From Naegleria gruberi (Eukaryota), in NCBI GenBank assembly GCA_000004985.1, contig GG738859.1: 64,000 nt of DNA. One strand, 5' to 3'. The notes beneath the pieces were generated by a model. That model saw only the letters and a program-made list of their open reading frames with translations, made no database searches and was not told the origin of the DNA. Both the position numbers and the translations under genes were made by a program. How positions within the stretch are numbered: the stretch's first letter is position 1; each line of letters begins with the position of its first letter. This document shows, piece by piece, positions 1 through 9,781 of this stretch.

Positions 1-2
1 TA

Positions 3-2021
3 AAGGATAGTTACAATATTAAGGAAGCTAATAGTAATGAATTTCCAACAACAATTTTATCTCCAGATATTGGAAATGTTTGCTTTGCTAGCTCTAAAAC
101 TGGAGTTTGCTTTACTCTTGAATCATTTGCCAAGATTTATGCTGATCAAAAAAAGAATTTCAATTACAAGGAATTTGCAAAGAGATTATGGGGAGATTTA
201 TATTTTGATAGAAGCACTAGAGGATTTTCTAAAAATCCAAATGAACTCTCAAAACGATCCTTTGTAGAATTTATTTTGGAACCATTGTACAAGATTTATT
301 CACACATTGTTGGTCAAGATCCAGAAGAGCTGGATGGAACTTTGAGAAAGATTAGTGTAAAACTCAACAGCCAAGAATTAGCTCTTGATCCTAATCCATT
401 AATGAAATGTACATTTAGAGCTCTTTTTAATTCTCCATCAGGTTTTGTCGACATGTTGGAGAGATACATTCCTGCTCCAAGTAGTTCTTATGGTGGTAAC
501 AAGACAAAGGTTGAAAACTTTTACACAGGAACTTTGGACACTAAAACGGCTAAAGATATGATTAATTGTGACTCTAATGGAGATTTAGTAATTTACATTA
601 CCAAATTATTCCCTAGGCCAGACTATTCTTCATTTGATGTTTTCGGTAGAGTAATGAGTGGTACCCTCAAAAAAGGTGATGCTGTTAAAATTTTGGGAGA
701 GGGATATACACCATCTGATGAAGAAGACATGTCAATTACTGATGTTTCTAATTTATATATTTATAATTCAAGATATAGAATTAATGTTGATAGTGTTAGT
801 GCTGGTAATTGGGTTTTAATAGAAGGTATTGATGCAACCATCAGCAAGACATCTACATTGTACAAATCTACAGCAAGCTCCAATACTTTTATTTTCAAAC
901 CTTTAACATATATGAACCAATCAGTGATGAAAATTGCTGTTGAGCCACTCAAACCATCAGAATTACCAAAAATGATGGAAGGTCTGAGAAAGATCAATAA
1001 GAGTTTCCCACTTGTCACAACAAAGGTTGAAGAAAGTGGTGAACATATTCTTCTTGGTACCGGTGAACTCTATCTGGATATTGTTATGCACGATTTGAGA
1101 ACATTATATTCAGGCATTGAAATTAAGGTATCTGACCCTTCGGTAACTTTCTGTGAAACAGTAGCTGAAACATCATCTGTAAGATGTTCCTCACAAACAC
1201 CAAATAACAAGAATCAACTTGTAATGGTTGCTCAACCTTTGGAAAGAGGACTAACTCAAGATATTGAAAGTGGAAGAATCAATCTCGACAAGATGGGCAG
1301 CACTGTCAGAGAGGATATTATGAAAACAAAATATGGCTGGGATGAATATACTACAAGTAGAATTTGGTCATTTGGTCCAGAAGTTAATGGTCCAAACGCA
1401 CTCATCAATGAAACATTTGAAGGTGAAGTTGACCAGAAACTCTTATCCACTGTAAAGGATTCAATTGTACAAGGTTTCAGATGGAGTACAAAGGAAGGAC
1501 CACTCTGTGAAGAACCAATTAGAAATGTTAAATTCAGACTTTTAGAAGCTTCGATATCTGAAGATAGAATTGCCAGAACTGGTGGTCAAATCATTCCAAC
1601 AACACGTAGAGTTTGTTATTCAAGTTTCCTCTCTGCTACTCCACAATTGATGGAACCAATTTCACTTGTTGAAATTCAATCACCATTAGAAACACTGGAA
1701 ATTGTCCACAAAATTTTGGAAAGAAGAAGAGGTCATGTCATTGAAGATGAACCAAAACCAGGTACACCTCATTACATTCTCAAAGCTTATGTACCAGCCA
1801 TTGATTCATTTGGTCTTGAAACTGATATGAGATTGAGTACTAAGGGCAGATCATTCTGTCTCTCTAAATTTGACCACTGGGATATTGTTCCTGGTGATCC
1901 ACTAGATACTTCCATTACCATTGCACCACTCGAGCCAAGTCCTTTACATGCTCTTGCACGTGAATTCCTTCTCAAGACAAGAAGAAGAAAGGGACTTTCT
2001 GATGAAATTAATTTTAATTAA
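3..2021 (+). CDS. SNU114: U5 snRNP 116 kDa GTPase (Snu114/EFTUD2), C-terminal ~670 codons; the 5' end lies upstream of the window
   Basis: One frame is open from nt 3 to the TAA at 2019-2021. The translation aligns along its whole length with EF-2-like Snu114: NVCFASSKTGVCFTLESFAKIY, SDPSVTFCETV, EPIRNVKF, GGQIIPTTRRV, SFGLETDMR, FLLKTRRRKGLSDE. No intron is needed inside the window. Confidence 0.9.
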   Translation, partial: KDSYNIKEANSNEFPTTILSPDIGNVCFASSKTGVCFTLESFAKIYADQKKNFNYKEFAKRLWGDLYFDRSTRGFSKNPNELSKRSFVEFILEPLYKIYSHIVGQDPEELDGTLRKISVKLNSQELALDPNPLMKCTFRALFNSPSGFVDMLERYIPAPSSSYGGNKTKVENFYTGTLDTKTAKDMINCDSNGDLVIYITKLFPRPDYSSFDVFGRVMSGTLKKGDAVKILGEGYTPSDEEDMSITDVSNLYIYNSRYRINVDSVSAGNWVLIEGIDATISKTSTLYKSTASSNTFIFKPLTYMNQSVMKIAVEPLKPSELPKMMEGLRKINKSFPLVTTKVEESGEHILLGTGELYLDIVMHDLRTLYSGIEIKVSDPSVTFCETVAETSSVRCSSQTPNNKNQLVMVAQPLERGLTQDIESGRINLDKMGSTVREDIMKTKYGWDEYTTSRIWSFGPEVNGPNALINETFEGEVDQKLLSTVKDSIVQGFRWSTKEGPLCEEPIRNVKFRLLEASISEDRIARTGGQIIPTTRRVCYSSFLSATPQLMEPISLVEIQSPLETLEIVHKILERRRGHVIEDEPKPGTPHYILKAYVPAIDSFGLETDMRLSTKGRSFCLSKFDHWDIVPGDPLDTSITIAPLEPSPLHALAREFLLKTRRRKGLSDEINFN

Positions 2022-2152
2022 AAATATTTTATTTATAAGAAATTTCATATAATTCTATTCTTTTTCTAATTATTATTATCAACATAGGTTTGAATATTTA
2101 ATTAAATAATTATTATTACAATTAAATTAAAATTGAAATTCAATCAAAAAAA

Positions 2153-2593
2153 ATGCCGCCACTTAAAAACATTCCATACTTTACCAAATTTACTTCCGAT
2201 TTACCATCACTACCATTCCGAACTATGGAATGGAAATATACTTGTCTCTCACTCTACAGAAATATTCTCCGACAACATAAATATAAATTAGTACCACAAC
2301 AACGATTTTTAGGAGATGCCTACGTAAAAAACGAATTTAAATTAAACAAGACTGGTGATGAGAATTATGCAAGATCATTTGTTGAAGAATGGGCTTATTA
2401 TTATCGAGTTTTAGAGGAATCACCATCACCAGATCGAATTGGAAAGGATATTTCGGAAGATGATTTTAACACTCTATCAAAGGAACAACAAGAACAATTT
2501 TATCAATTGAAGGAGGAAACTGAAAAAGTTAAGGACTATTTGAAGGAACAAGCTAAACCTAATTGGAAAGATGCTGAACTGACAAGAGAATAA
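2153..2593 (+). CDS. SDHAF3: Succinate dehydrogenase assembly factor 3 (SDHAF3/ACN9), LYR-motif family
   Basis: 146-aa ORF starting at an ATG. It carries the LYRNILRQHK LYR motif and LGDAYVKNEFKLNK...FVEEWAYYY, the signature of ACN9/SDHAF3. Confidence 0.7.
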   Translation: MPPLKNIPYFTKFTSDLPSLPFRTMEWKYTCLSLYRNILRQHKYKLVPQQRFLGDAYVKNEFKLNKTGDENYARSFVEEWAYYYRVLEESPSPDRIGKDISEDDFNTLSKEQQEQFYQLKEETEKVKDYLKEQAKPNWKDAELTRE

Positions 2594-2672
2594 ATTTGTA
2601 AATATATAAATTTGGATCAAATATTGGAATTAAAATTCATGAGATTTCAATAAATTCATAATTATGAGTATT

Positions 2673-3764
2673 TTATAATTGTGGAATTTCAAGCTTGAAG
2701 AAGGTATCATGTCTTTGCTTTTTGGATTCTCCTCCAAATAAGAGAACTTGAGTTGTTTCTTCATTCGATAACAATACAGCTGTCATGTGCGCTCTTCCTT
2801 CTTTCAAGAAGGTGTTTGAGGCATCATCACTGGCCTGAATTTCCAACTTGGTCCAGTAACACTTTTCTAAATTATTGCTGTACAGAATATCATCCAAATT
2901 TTTCACATAGAAAGCATCATTCCAAAATGAATTTCTCTTTCCATCAAAATAATTGCCAAACATGATAATCAAAGCATCCTGTGTTTGACTCAAAACCATT
3001 CCACTTCTATTTCTTTGTTTAACTATACATGATTTGCTATCGTTATTTTCAATTAGGCAGGTCCACAATTTGGTTTCCATATCAAAACTCCACAAGTCAT
3101 TCAGATAAAATTCTGACCTGTCAACTGTGAAGAACCCTCCACTCACCAACAAGAATCTATCCTTATAAATCACTGAACTATGCCAACAACGTTCTCTAGG
3201 AGCAGAATTCAAACTCTTAATTTCCTCCCACTCATTGGTTGTAACATTGAAACTCCACAAATCGTTGAGATAGGAATTGGCAGCAGTTCCAAAATCTTTT
3301 TTTCCTCCAAAAACGATCATTTGATCTTTTTTGTAAATATTTGCGGTGTGTCCATGTCTAACCTTTGGCCAAGCCATAGTTTTAGATACATTGATAACCT
3401 TACTGTCCTTTTGATTGTTTACATTCATTACAAAAATACTATTCAAGTAACTAGTGGTATTACTTCCACCAAATGTAACAATTGAATTAATGCATTCAAA
3501 AAAGAGAGAAGTATGATTATGTCTTGGAACATCCAAACTCGTAAATTTTTCAATGGATCTAATTGAGCCATCCTTTAATGAACATTTAATTGTTTCGGAG
3601 AGAATATTTCGTAAACCTTTGGTAGTGCTATGAGTTCTTCCACCCAAAATAAAGAAAGTAGACGAATCTGCCGAAACAAAAGAATGTCCTTGCAATGGTG
3701 TTGTTCCGTTCTTTGATTTTTTCACAGAGGACAACTCTGCCCTTGACGCACCCTTTGAAAGCAT
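2673..3764 (-). CDS. Kelch-repeat beta-propeller protein (paralogue A)
   Basis: ORF with repeated Kelch signatures (GGxxxxxxxLNDLWSF, RxxHSSVIY, MIVFGG). The first in-frame ATG is at 3764; the ORF-track start at 3848 is a TTG. About 55% identical in protein to the ORF at 8215-9360. Confidence 0.75.
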   Translation of the reverse strand: MLSKGASRAELSSVKKSKNGTTPLQGHSFVSADSSTFFILGGRTHSTTKGLRNILSETIKCSLKDGSIRSIEKFTSLDVPRHNHTSLFFECINSIVTFGGSNTTSYLNSIFVMNVNNQKDSKVINVSKTMAWPKVRHGHTANIYKKDQMIVFGGKKDFGTAANSYLNDLWSFNVTTNEWEEIKSLNSAPRERCWHSSVIYKDRFLLVSGGFFTVDRSEFYLNDLWSFDMETKLWTCLIENNDSKSCIVKQRNRSGMVLSQTQDALIIMFGNYFDGKRNSFWNDAFYVKNLDDILYSNNLEKCYWTKLEIQASDDASNTFLKEGRAHMTAVLLSNEETTQVLLFGGESKKQRHDTFFKLEIPQL

Positions 3765-3914
3765 TTTTTCTTGCACAAGTTGGAACCATTCTTTTAATAC
3801 AATTTCATTTCTTATCAAATTCAAAATTGATATGAAGAAGAAAATCAAAAAGTTGTACTACAATTAAGAAAAGTTTGTTTTGATGAGATTGGTAAAATTG
3901 TGGCCTGATTTATT

Positions 3915-6725
3915 TCAATTAAAAATTTTGATCAGTGTTTCTGTTAGTGACCTTTGAGTTTCATCCAACAAATTACCATTCGATCCTTCTATTGGAATAT
4001 GAACAGTCAACAATGAAACTGATTCAATCAGCTTGTTTGAATTTTCAGAAAGTAAAAAGTTAATGAGAGGAATCTTGTTAATCTGACAAGCTGTTGCGAT
4101 AGCTAATGTGCTTGGAGTTGGAGAACTTCCCACTAAAATAACAGCCGTGGCTTGTTGTTGTTGAATGGACATGTCAAAGTGATAGATAGTTTCAGCTACA
4201 GAACTCAGATTTGCTTGTGCTGTATCAAACTCTCTACTCAACATGAAATCATTAAATGATTTGATTTTTGTAATCTTGGATAATTCATCCAAATTAATTT
4301 GGGCTATAGATTGATCAGCAACTCCTAAACTATACTGAATGGCGAATGGTAGCTCTAAACTACTTAACATTGTAAGAATAGTTTTTCCTTCTTCTTGATT
4401 ACTCAAGAATACGAAAGCAGTTCTCTGATCATTTCCCCGGTAGGAGTACATTAATCTATTTCCTCTCTGAGTTTCTTTTTGAATAATAAGAGATCTGCCT
4501 TCACTGGTACCTTGTACTCTACCAGTTGTATCTCCATTATTACTGATATTCATGTAATCACCTGAATATGAATTTGTTTCCAGTGTTGGAGAAACTGGCA
4601 TGACGAAACATCTAATATTGGCATACTTTCTCGCATTGGAACAAAGATGCCAATCCTCTCCAGTGGCCCACGAGAACATCTTTTCCCTGAACATTAGTTT
4701 AACCCACTCTCTCTCCATGAACCAACTACCACCGACAACATCAACCTCAATGATATGTTCTGAACCTGAGACAGGTCCAAAAAAGTAATCCTCAGCACTT
4801 GGAGTTCCCTTCGTTCCAAGAATTCCTCTATAATTATTGGTATTGATGGTGTGCATGGCTGCTTCGAAAAATCTCCTTTCAGGAATGCAATCATCATCAA
4901 AAACAGCAAGATACCTTGTTGGTGATTGTATTGCCAATTGAAATCTGCCAAAATATTTCAGCTGCATCTCACCCTTGTTAACAAATAGTGAAATATTGTT
5001 GGAGGAGGCAAGTAACTTGGCCTCTTGAATTTCTTTTTCAATTTCGTCAGCTTTAGGTGAGGCAAAAAAGACCATCCAAATAACTTTAGGTTGATGAGTT
5101 TGTGAGAGGAGAGCTTGCATCCATCTCTTCACAAGACCTGTTCTCTTATACAAACCAACGACAGCAGTGACACCAAATTCATCAGAGGTGTTCCTTGTTG
5201 GAACGTATGTACTTGGTAATGAGAATAGTTCTTGCATGGTGAGTTGCTCCTTTGGTTTTGATCTTTCCAATAAATCCTTCTTTCTAATTTCGAATGGAAG
5301 GAAATTTTGAGTGTAAACACTTTCTGCAATTGAATCTTGAATGAATTGAGTGGAACATTCTCTTGAATCTGGTAATTTGGAGGTGATAAAATCACGAACA
5401 ATTCTTGAAATTCTCATACTAGCTTGTCCATCTCCAAATATGTGTTTCGAAAGAACTTGTTTCGAATTTTGTGAATCCTTGATGGCGTCAGTCATGGCTT
5501 TCACAATGTCAAGATAATTAACACCAATCTTTTTAATAGTACCAATGTAAATTCCCTCTGGTCTCTCAGTAGTATCTCTCATGAGAATAACTGGCTTTCC
5601 AATACTTGCCGATTCCTCTTGGATACCTCCAGAGTCAGTAACAACAATGTCAGCTTCACTAATCACATGTGGGAAGATATCATAGGCAATTGGATCCACC
5701 AATTGGACGTTATCCAATGATGATAAGACTTCATTGACTACACTCTTAGCATTTGGATTTGGATGTACAGGTAGAATGACCATAACATTCTTTCCAAATG
5801 TATTGGAAATCCTCTTGATGGCATTACACATTTCTTTAAAGTGTGGAATGTTTTCTCTTCTATGCATGGTAACAAGAATTACTATTCTATGTGATTCAAC
5901 TGCTGATGATGATGTAGTAGTAGATGAAGTGGTATCAAGAACATTGCTTTTAAAACTTTTAATGTTTTGAAGCAATTCTGGAATTATCTTTGGTGTGGTG
6001 GACTTTAAAGAATAGAACGAATCAATGCCAGTGTTACCAGTTACATAGACATGCTGTGGACAGATACCTTCTCTAACAAGAGCTGCTTTAGAGAAATCGG
6101 TTGGGGCAAACAAGAGACTGGCAAACGAGTCAATCATTTTACGATTCAACTCCTCTGGGAATGGACTATTGAAATCATAGGATCTCAATCCAGCTTCTAC
6201 ATGTCCAACTGGTATCTTTAAGTAACTGGCAGCAAGGGCAGCAACAAGAGAAGTAGTGGTGTCGCCTTGAACCAATACCATGGAAATTGGTCCTTGCCTT
6301 TCAAATTCTAAACTAATCTTTTGGAAGGAGAGGGTGAAGAAAGAGGAGATACTTTGATTGGGAGTCATTAACTTCAAGTCAATGTCCACATGTTGATGAA
6401 ATACACCAAGTGTTTGTTTCAAAATTTCGCTATGTTGACCAGTGCTAAGAACAATCACCTCCAATTCAGAGGAATAGTTTGACTTGAGATGTGAAATTAG
6501 TGGAGCACATTTGATAGCCTCTGGTCTTGTTCCCAACACAATTAGTACTCTTGGCAAGTTGTTTTTGTGTGGAATGATAATACCTTCTCTCTTTCCATTC
6601 GAATTTCTGACCAACATGTTATCTGAATCAGCTGATGACTTGTTAATGTTCAATATATGAAAGAACACAAAGCTAAACACCAATAATGTTGTGCACACAA
6701 CACTGAGTTTGAAAATCTTACTCAT
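3915..6725 (-). CDS. Type II membrane protein: UDP-N-acetylglucosamine 2-epimerase domain fused to a GT-A-fold (DxD) glycosyltransferase-like domain plus a ~230-aa C-terminal region of unknown function
   Basis: 936-aa ORF from the ATG at 6725. N-terminal hydrophobic signal anchor (LSVVCTTLLVFSFVFFHIL). Epimerase motifs VLIVLGTRPEAIKCAPL, HVEAGLRSYD, PFPEELNR, VTGNTGIDS, VTDSGGIQEES. Downstream: a Rossmann-like start (VTAVVGLYKRTGLVKRWMQALLSQT), a DDD motif (YLAVFDDDCIPE) and TGEDWHLC. Confidence 0.8.
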   Translation of the reverse strand: MSKIFKLSVVCTTLLVFSFVFFHILNINKSSADSDNMLVRNSNGKREGIIIPHKNNLPRVLIVLGTRPEAIKCAPLISHLKSNYSSELEVIVLSTGQHSEILKQTLGVFHQHVDIDLKLMTPNQSISSFFTLSFQKISLEFERQGPISMVLVQGDTTTSLVAALAASYLKIPVGHVEAGLRSYDFNSPFPEELNRKMIDSFASLLFAPTDFSKAALVREGICPQHVYVTGNTGIDSFYSLKSTTPKIIPELLQNIKSFKSNVLDTTSSTTTSSSAVESHRIVILVTMHRRENIPHFKEMCNAIKRISNTFGKNVMVILPVHPNPNAKSVVNEVLSSLDNVQLVDPIAYDIFPHVISEADIVVTDSGGIQEESASIGKPVILMRDTTERPEGIYIGTIKKIGVNYLDIVKAMTDAIKDSQNSKQVLSKHIFGDGQASMRISRIVRDFITSKLPDSRECSTQFIQDSIAESVYTQNFLPFEIRKKDLLERSKPKEQLTMQELFSLPSTYVPTRNTSDEFGVTAVVGLYKRTGLVKRWMQALLSQTHQPKVIWMVFFASPKADEIEKEIQEAKLLASSNNISLFVNKGEMQLKYFGRFQLAIQSPTRYLAVFDDDCIPERRFFEAAMHTINTNNYRGILGTKGTPSAEDYFFGPVSGSEHIIEVDVVGGSWFMEREWVKLMFREKMFSWATGEDWHLCSNARKYANIRCFVMPVSPTLETNSYSGDYMNISNNGDTTGRVQGTSEGRSLIIQKETQRGNRLMYSYRGNDQRTAFVFLSNQEEGKTILTMLSSLELPFAIQYSLGVADQSIAQINLDELSKITKIKSFNDFMLSREFDTAQANLSSVAETIYHFDMSIQQQQATAVILVGSSPTPSTLAIATACQINKIPLINFLLSENSNKLIESVSLLTVHIPIEGSNGNLLDETQRSLTETLIKIFN

Positions 6726-7140
6726 TTTTTTAAGAATGAGAAACTGAATCCATTCGAATTAATGTTGTGGCGAAATAAGAAAAGGCAAATGAAGGTACAA
6801 TTGAATCTGATGTCCACTTCCAACCTTTTCACTGCTCAAAACTCCTGTATTGCCACAGTACAATCACTACAAAATACAAGGACTTGTGGTGTGAGAAACA
6901 TCTTGTGGCCAATAATTTTCCAAATTGTGTGAAAATCTAAAAGTGTCATTGGCATGGATATTTGCTTGTACTGATTGGACTGTGACTTCCAACGTTTGTC
7001 CGCTATTCATGAAACATTTGACAAGTTCAGTGAGAAATGGGCATTCTATGTAACCAAAAAAGCAAGGATTGGGATTATGTTTATTAATGGAAAGGTTGTA
7101 CCATGACGAATGTGGTTTGCTTTAGTTTTGCATTGCAGCC
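6726..7140. promoter_or_regulatory. Divergent intergenic region shared by the epimerase-GT gene (-) and the nucleotide-sugar transporter gene (+); putative bidirectional promoter
   Basis: About 415 nt between two start codons pointing away from each other. No motif was verified. Confidence 0.3.
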
Positions 7141-7940
7141 ATGTTGGGTATCTTTCAACCAAAGAGACTTCCGATTATTAAGATACTACCAATTAGTTTG
7201 GCATTTTGTGGCTATGTTGTGTTCAATAATATTAGTATTAGTATCATTTTATCAGGTTTGTTTTTATTCGAATCAATTACATTTAATTATTATTAATAAT
7301 GTATTTCGTATTTCTGATAGTAATGAAAATTGTTTGCACCCCAACAATCATTGGAATTGAATATTTATTCTATAGAAGGACACAAGAGAGAAGAATTCCC
7401 GTATGTCTTGGAACATTTGTTACAGTATTCACAGACATGGACATGAATTTATATGGAAGTTTTATGGCCATCCTTGCCGTGATTTCCAATTCCCTCTACA
7501 CTATCTATGGCACAGAAAAACAGAAGGAATTGAATGCCAATTCTCTTCAGGTATTGCTCTATCAAAGTCTAACCAGTGCATTCATTCTGATGTTTACAAT
7601 TCCATTCCTTAATGATGTTCATGTGATTTATAATTATGATTGGAGAGATGGAAATAAGCTCATGTGGATATTTGCAAGTTGTGTAACTGCATTCTTTGTC
7701 AATTTCAGTTTCTTTTTGGTGGCTGGAAAGACGTGTCCACTCTCTGTTAATGTGATTGGATATTTCAAAACATGTTTGGTATTTGTGGGAGGTTTCTTGT
7801 TGTTTACCTCTTATATATCATTTAAGAATTTGATTGGCGTGATTTTAACATTGATTGGTGTTGCATGGTACACTCATGAAAAGTATGAGATGGGTAGGAT
7901 GGAAGAAGAGACAATTCTTCCAACCTCAAACAAACAATAA
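7141..7940 (+). CDS. TPT/DMT-family nucleotide-sugar transporter (SLC35-like), 2 exons; the N-terminus is probably incomplete
   Basis: Exons about 7141-7255 and 7321-7940, intron 7256-7320 (GTTTGT...TAG, 65 nt). The translation has LAFCGYVVFNNISISI, IVCTPTIIGIEYLFYRR, LQVLLYQSL and KTCPLSVNVIGYFKTCLVFVGGFLLF, typical of UDP-sugar/triose-phosphate translocators. Only about 244 aa are recovered, so one or more upstream exons in 6780-7138 could not be resolved. Confidence 0.65.
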
Positions 7941-8214
7941 ACATTTCTTTTTTACGGTGCCAAATTAGAAAATCTCCTTCTTTATTTCAAATCATTGATA
8001 GATACCACAACAGTTTCAATTGACCATTTTGTGTTAATTCATGTTGAGCTGTATCTTGAATATACGAATCTAAAACTAATCCCCAAAATAACACAATTTT
8101 AAAGGGAAAAATATGGCCAACATTCTGTGTTATTTTCCTAATTGAAAGAAAAACCATTCTGACAACATGATAAAGGAAATGAATTTATTGTAAGAGATAT
8201 CAACAAATAATGAT

Positions 8215-9360
8215 CTACATTTTATCAATTTTCAAGATGAAAAAATTATCATGTCGTTTCATAAAAGATTCGCCTCCAAATAACATTACTTGAATGAATT
8301 TTTCATTTTCAGAAAGTAAAACAGAGCTAATGTGTCCTCTTCCCTCAGTTAGTAATGTCTTTGCTTGTTCGTCTTGTGGTTGAATTTGTAACTGCTTCCA
8401 AATTGGTAATAAGGAATCCTTTTCAAAGAGAATTGAATGCAAATCGTCAACATAGAAAATATCAGTCAGAAAGAGATCCTTATATCCATCATAATAATTT
8501 CCAAACATGATAAATAATGCATTTTCACTCACTATTATTCCAGATCTGTTTCGTTGGTACATTTTACATGTTTTCTTGTCATCGTCTTGAATCAAGCAGT
8601 TCCACAATTTGGTTTCCATATCAAAGCTCCACAAGTCATTCAGATAACATTCACTTCCATCCAATGTATAAAACCCTCCACTCACCAACAAGAATCTCTC
8701 CTTATAAATCACTGAACTATGCCAACAACGTTCTCTAGGAGCAGAATTCAAACTCTTAATTTTCTCCCACTCATTGGTTGTAACATTGAAACTCCACAAA
8801 TCATTGAGAAAGCTATCAGAATCTACTCCAAAACCCTTCTTTCCTCCAAAAACAATCATTTGATCTTTTTTGTAAATATTTGCAGTGTGTCCATGTCTAG
8901 TTTGTGGCCACACTGTCTCTTTGTTACGCTTCAACACCTCCTGCTTCCTCTCATCATGAATATTCATTACAAAAATTGAATCCATATATAGTTCAGTGTT
9001 ACTTCCTCCAAATGTCACTATCGAATCAATGCTCTCAAAATACAAGGATGTGTGATTATGTCTCGGAGAATCCAATTTCACATCCTTCTTCATTGGAACA
9101 TGTTCAATTTTACAAGAATTAGAATTGCAATCATCATTCAATTTTGATCTTGACGAATATTTAAATTTTACAATATCGGATAGAATGTTTCGAGTATTCC
9201 TTTCTGTACTGTGAGTTCTTCCTCCACAAATATAGAATGTCATTTCAAATAATTTGTCAGTATGATTAATTATTGATGGAATGAAGGTATTTCCCTGTAT
9301 TGGTTTTGTGCCACAAGTTGGTTTTTGAAGAGAAAATAGGCTCCCTTCAAGTTGTTTCAT
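8215..9360 (-). CDS. Kelch-repeat beta-propeller protein (paralogue B)
   Basis: 381-aa ORF from the ATG at 9360. The same Kelch motifs as paralogue A. Nucleotide blocks 8590-8900 are near-identical to 3050-3360. Confidence 0.8.
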   Translation of the reverse strand: MKQLEGSLFSLQKPTCGTKPIQGNTFIPSIINHTDKLFEMTFYICGGRTHSTERNTRNILSDIVKFKYSSRSKLNDDCNSNSCKIEHVPMKKDVKLDSPRHNHTSLYFESIDSIVTFGGSNTELYMDSIFVMNIHDERKQEVLKRNKETVWPQTRHGHTANIYKKDQMIVFGGKKGFGVDSDSFLNDLWSFNVTTNEWEKIKSLNSAPRERCWHSSVIYKERFLLVSGGFYTLDGSECYLNDLWSFDMETKLWNCLIQDDDKKTCKMYQRNRSGIIVSENALFIMFGNYYDGYKDLFLTDIFYVDDLHSILFEKDSLLPIWKQLQIQPQDEQAKTLLTEGRGHISSVLLSENEKFIQVMLFGGESFMKRHDNFFILKIDKM

Positions 9361-9781
9361 TTTTTTTTCTATATTGTTTAATTGGAATGCAAGATGGAAA
9401 TTGATTCAAGTTTACAAAATAGTTTTGATTATTCAATTCTCTTATAACTTGAAATGGAAGAGATTTTGTTCAAATTACAAAGAAAGTATTGTATTGGTTT
9501 TGTTTTGGTTTTGGTTTTTTACAGTGTATCATTCAAGAGCAACTCTTGATTTATTAATTCAAAATAAAAGAAAACTTTCTCTTTTGTTAACTCAGTGAGC
9601 TATAGTTTGCATACTCTTATATGTGTTGGTAATATATTGATTTTTGAGATTATTCAATAATATATTTTAAATATTAAATTTTAGAGAAATAATTTTTTAT
9701 GTTTTTACATTTTAAAAAAGGTTTACAACACCTCGTGTGAGAGATGTGGTAAAATTAGGTGTTTTGCGTGCTGGTTGGTAT

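Noticed and set aside
7103-7360. ORF-track frame at 7103-7360 containing VSFYQ, initially taken as the conserved VSFNQ motif of TPT transporters
   Set aside because: Alignment to the TPT family shows the real exon is in a different frame (from the ATG at 7141, ...LAFCGYVVFNNISISI) and splices at 7255/7321 into the downstream exon. The VSFYQ frame has no valid splice continuation.
2673-9360. Kelch duplicate pair interpreted as terminal repeats of a mobile element bracketing the epimerase/transporter genes
   Set aside because: The repeats are full-length functional-looking Kelch genes in direct orientation, with no transposase, TIR/LTR or target-site duplication visible. Segmental duplication with gene conversion is the simpler explanation.
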